NCBI RefSeq assembly: GCF_009914755.1
Contig: NC_060926.1
Strand: one strand, 5' to 3'
From: the human T2T-CHM13v2.0 reference genome, Homo sapiens
Length of the DNA stretch: 64,000 bases
Below the pieces are notes generated by a model, which saw only the letters and a list, made by a program, of their open reading frames with translations, was not told the DNA's origin and made no database searches. The position numbers and the translations under genes are program-made. Positions 59,230-64,000 of this stretch are shown here, piece after piece. The stretch's first letter is position 1; the number at the start of each line of letters is the position of its first letter.

Positions 59230-59810
59230 TCATTATTCTCTTTCTTATCACCTTCATATCAGAACACGGAATATATGTTGGCAACAGGTTAACACGTACT
59301 ATATGCTGGACTATATAGACAGATACTGAGAAGACAAAAAAGATTCAGATAAGGTCTGTATATTAAAGGAGAACAGAAGCTAATTAATAAAGTGGGCGGA
59401 TAGGGAATAAAAACTTGAATGGACTGATGTGATACATGCAAGGCATTTAAAGAGAACTCTATTCTGAGGCCCTTATGTAGTATAGCCTAGCAAGTATGCG
59501 TGAGAGGAGAGACTTCAAAGCAGTACCAAGGCCTAAGTAAGGGTTGAATGATGTCTCCCAATTGGACAGAGTGAGGGTAAAACTGCAGGCAAACAGAACA
59601 AGCACAGGGGTAGCAGTACCATGGCGTACTTGCACCAAGATATGCAATTCTGTATTTTTAAAGCATAATGTATGAGGGACAGTGGTGAGCAGTGAAACTG
59701 AAAACAAAAGAAGAGGCAGGGTCCAAGAAGGGTCCCTTATATGTCATGGTAAAGAACTTAGACTTTTGCATTTCATGCAGTATACAATTAGGTGATGTGG
59801 AAGTTGTTTT
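59230..59810. mobile_element. L2 fragment
   Basis: tactatatgctggac...gtcatggtaaagaacttagacttttg...gaagttgttttaaa; appears to resume after the Alu at ~60130-60270. Confidence 0.5.
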
Positions 59811-59824
59811 AAAAAGGGGAGTGA

Positions 59825-60284
<460 letters not shown>

Positions 60285-60770
60285 CTACATCCATTTTTCA
60301 GATTTTTTTTTCTTTAGTCCCCACACTGGGCGGGGGTCAGTTATTCTCTGTAGCTGAGACCAACTGTACCCCAATAAGGGCAATCCGACCCCATTTTCCA
60401 AGATCCCTCCGCTCACTATTTCTTCCCAGGAGTTCTGCTTCCATCACTTACAACACTCGTCTGCTCCTACGTGTAAGAGTATCTGAACCTTCAACTAAAC
60501 TAGGCCAGAAGGAATACTATAAAGAGGATAATATCAAGGAATATTTATAAAATAATCATCCTTAGTATTTGTTTGAACGATGAAGAAAGAGAATACACTG
60601 AGAACAATTTTGTTTTTAGACTTTTGTAATTTAGGTGGATAATGATCCCTTGAACCAAATATCATTCTAATAAAAATATCATTTTTATATTTCTTAAACT
60701 TATGCAGGAAGAGTGATATGTACTTTGCCAATAGGGAACTAAGGCACATTCACCAAAAAATTTAAAACTC

Positions 60771-61109
60771 TGCTATGATCTGAATGGTTTTATGTCCTTC
60801 CCCAAGTTCATGTGTTGAAATTCTAGCCCCCAAAGTGATGGTGTTAGGAGGTGGGGTCTTTGAAAAGTGATTAGGTCATGAGAATACAACGTCATGAATG
60901 ATATTAGCAAACTTATAAAGAGACCTTCGAGAGATCTGTTGCTTCTTCAGGCATGTGAGGTTATAGGAGCTATGAACAACTAGGAATCAGGTCCTCAACT
61001 AGACACTAAATTTTCTTGCACCATTATCTGGGACTTCCCAGTCTCCAAAACTATGAGAAATAAATTTCTGTTTATGGTATTTTGTTATAGCAGTCTGCAC
61101 AGACTGACA
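60771..61109 (+). mobile_element. MaLR solo LTR (MLT1A/MST-like)
   Basis: tgctatgatctgaatg...ttcatgtgttgaaa...ggaggtggggtctttg...ggacttcccagtctccaaaactatgagaaataaatttctgtttatggtattttgttatagcag...gactgaca. Confidence 0.9.
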
Positions 61110-61999
61110 CTCTAATGACACACTCTACAATACAAGAAAAATTTCAAAAACTCTGAAAGTTTTTTGAAATTCTATACACAAAGCCTCAGCAAGTGATAGA
61201 CTATCCTGAAGCTAAATACTATTTTTCCAGAAAAGGTACTTTCTTCAAAATAATGAGAAATCAATTTTTAAAAACTAGGTGACAGTCTCTAGACAGTTTC
61301 CCTCACCCACCTGACCATCACTAAAAGCAATAAGAACGTAAGTATCTATATCATTACCAAACCATCAAAATACATGTTTATGGTTGCTTTGTAACTATGA
61401 AACATCATTATACAGATGCACGCTTTCAAATCATTACTTACTAAAGCCACCTTAGTCCTACTTTCACACACTGAGAGTGTTGAATCATCTATGGATTGCT
61501 CAAAACAGTTTTCTCTACATCACAGTCATTAAATAGGATTTTCTTACTGGAAGCTCTCATTTGAGTCACACTCTGTGCTAGATTCCTTCAAAATGAAATA
61601 ACTCTTCAAATTAGAGTGTCATGCAACTAAGGTGGCAGAAAATTATTAGAAATAACAGTGACAAAAACAAACTGGATGAAGTCCGTGGAAGTTTCAAGAT
61701 GAACAAATAAAGGTCCTTCATTATGATGCTGTGTTTCATGGGTAAAGAAGCCTCATACTCTGTGCTCTAGCAGTTCCCATATCCACGTCAGGCCAGCTTG
61801 AGTAAATTAGGAGAAGAATAATACTGACAGCAACCACAGTTGACATTGACCCAGCACTTAGAACACAGCGGTCATTAAAGTAAATGTTGCCACATTGGTT
61901 GGTTAACTTAATCCTATGAGATGAACACTGTTGACGTATTTTAAATATGAGAAAACAAAGGCTAGGCGAGGTCAAGTTACTTGCTCCAAGTTATCTAAT

Positions 62000-62331
62000 C
62001 AGGGATCCCCAACCCCTGGGCCATGGAGCAGCACTGGTCTGTGGCCTGTTTGTTAGGAACTGGGCTGCACAGCAGGAGGTGAGTGGCAGGCGAGCCAGCA
62101 TAACTGCCAGAGCTCTGCCTCCTGTCAGATTAGCGGCGGCAGCATTAGATTCTCGTAGGAGGCTGAACCCAATTGTGAACTGTGCATGCGAGCGATCTAG
62201 GTTGTGCACTCCTTATGAGAATCTAACTAATGCCTGATGGTTTGAGGTAGAACAGTTTCATCCCAAAACTATCTCCCCTGCCGGGCCCCCACAAAAACAG
62301 TCCCTGGTGCCAAAAAGGTTGGGGACTGCTG
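62000..62331 (+). mobile_element. MER1B hAT-Charlie MITE nested in a MIR
   Basis: TIRs cagggatccccaacc / ggttggggactgctg, with atctaa duplicated on both flanks. MIR core is present on both sides (61900-61999, 62332-62410). Confidence 0.9.
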
Positions 62332-62435
62332 ATCTAACTAATGCATGGTAGAAGTTGGATTGAATCCCTTGCTGTGGCAATTCTAAAGTCTACATTTTTA
62401 AGCCTATCTTCTCTCTTAATGGGTCACAGGGTTAG

Positions 62436-62648
<213 letters not shown>

Positions 62649-62859
62649 TGAAGTCATATAGCTTTAAAAGGCACTAGTACTTTGGCAGAAAAAAACTATT
62701 ATCTGGTGTTTCTGTGAATTTCAGGACATAATGCAAGTGATTGACATTTTTTAATTTATGTTTTAAACTCAGTTAAATTATAGCATCTTTTTGTAAGTTC
62801 ACAGGAATTTGAATTGTGCAAACTACAGACTGTTCTTATTTTGGTCACAGAGAATGCAA

Positions 62860-63110
62860 GATGGTAGAGTGGGTAGGAGTGTAGATTCTGTGGTCAATTG
62901 CCTGTTTCAAACCCCAGCCCTGCCATGTTCTAGCCCTGTCACTCTGAGAAACTTATTTACTCTCTCTGTCATCACCTTCCTCTCCTCGTCTCTAAATGGG
63001 CATAACAGCACCTATCCTGCAGGTTGTTGTGAGGTAAATTAGCATATGCAAAGCACTTAAATAGCAATTGGCATATAGTAAGTGTAGAACATGAAAACCT
63101 TTATTACTGC
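62860..63110. mobile_element. MIR SINE
   Basis: gcctgtttcaaaccccagccctgcca...ttatttactctctctgt...aaatgggcataacagcacctatcctgcaggttgttgtgagg...aaagcactta. Confidence 0.8.
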
Positions 63111-64000
63111 TCCATGGATAGCTATCAACAATCCTAGAATGCACAAGAATTACTTACCCTCCTTAACTTTAATTGCCTATTTCAGAAAATCTGTGAACCT
63201 CAGCTAATATATCACAATGGGTGTTTAATAAGTGTTTGCAAATGATGATACATATACTTATAACCTACCCATCATGATTAATGTGTGAATACAATTTCAG
63301 AATTATTATTATTCAAAGTATTATTTTAACAATAATTCACCCGAAGATGCTGTCATATAAGAAGAAAGAAAAATTAGGAGACATATTAAAAGATTTGGTG
63401 CCCTCTATAAATACATCACCGACTCAAGAATTTAGTGAAGATAAAGGTCACGAATAAAATAGATCTAAAAGGTTCAGTGCTGTAGAATGCTTTCTGTGGG
63501 TTAATAATGCTTTCTATGGGTTAATAAAATAGATTTTCTATACCAAGATAACTGCCACTTATTACACACCATGGAGGGGAGTTTTTGAAAGAAGTATTTT
63601 AGGGTTATTTTGTCTACTTCATGATCCAAATGCCACAAGTCTGATTTTACCGAAACTATTCAGAATTTACCATTACCTGAACTATTCATAATCTGACTAT
63701 TTTTTATACCTTCTCTGTAAGCCCTAGTAAGTTTTCAAAGAATGCATACTTAGTTCATGTTTTGCTCATAGCTCTTAAAATGTGTAATCATAGTAAATAC
63801 AAGCTAACCAGAGAAAGTCAAATTGTATGCTTGATTTTCAGAAATGAACTTTGATATAAAATCCAAGGAAAATTGTATTAGAATTGAATTTAACATTTTA
63901 ATCTCTGGTTAGAATCAACTCATATAAACTGCTTATGGAAAAGAACAGAGAATGACTTAATTTTCAAATAATGGTATTGACGAAAACCTAGCCATGACCT

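Overview
Human-type genomic DNA (Alu, L1, MIR, L2 and LTR repeats) containing the 3' end of ERBB4/HER4 on the minus strand. Eight coding exons are present (conventionally exons 21-28, all with GT-AG boundaries). They are 156, 76, 147, 98, 171, 48, 298 and 446 nt long and splice into one open frame that runs from the kinase catalytic loop (HRD, DFG) to the C-terminal PDZ ligand TVV-stop at 10099. The 48-nt exon is the alternatively spliced CYT-1 cassette. A ~7.9 kb 3'UTR follows, ending at an AATAAA at 2217-2222, then ~2.2 kb of downstream flank. Other ORFs in the track look like Alu-derived or chance ORFs. I see no prokaryote-style system (CRISPR, operon). The best leads concern RNA processing: (1) a CFTR-like (TG)19 T21 tract directly before an antisense Alu with both splice sites, a candidate TDP-43-repressed poison exon in intron 25; (2) an in-frame 72-nt pseudo-exon 33 nt downstream of the CYT-1 exon; (3) a YCAY cluster at the CYT-1 acceptor; (4) templated-inversion and duplication scars, a perfect 25-bp palindrome and a 3'UTR G-quadruplex. 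All functional interpretations are untested inferences. Repeat subfamily names and residue numbers are from recall, not from a search.
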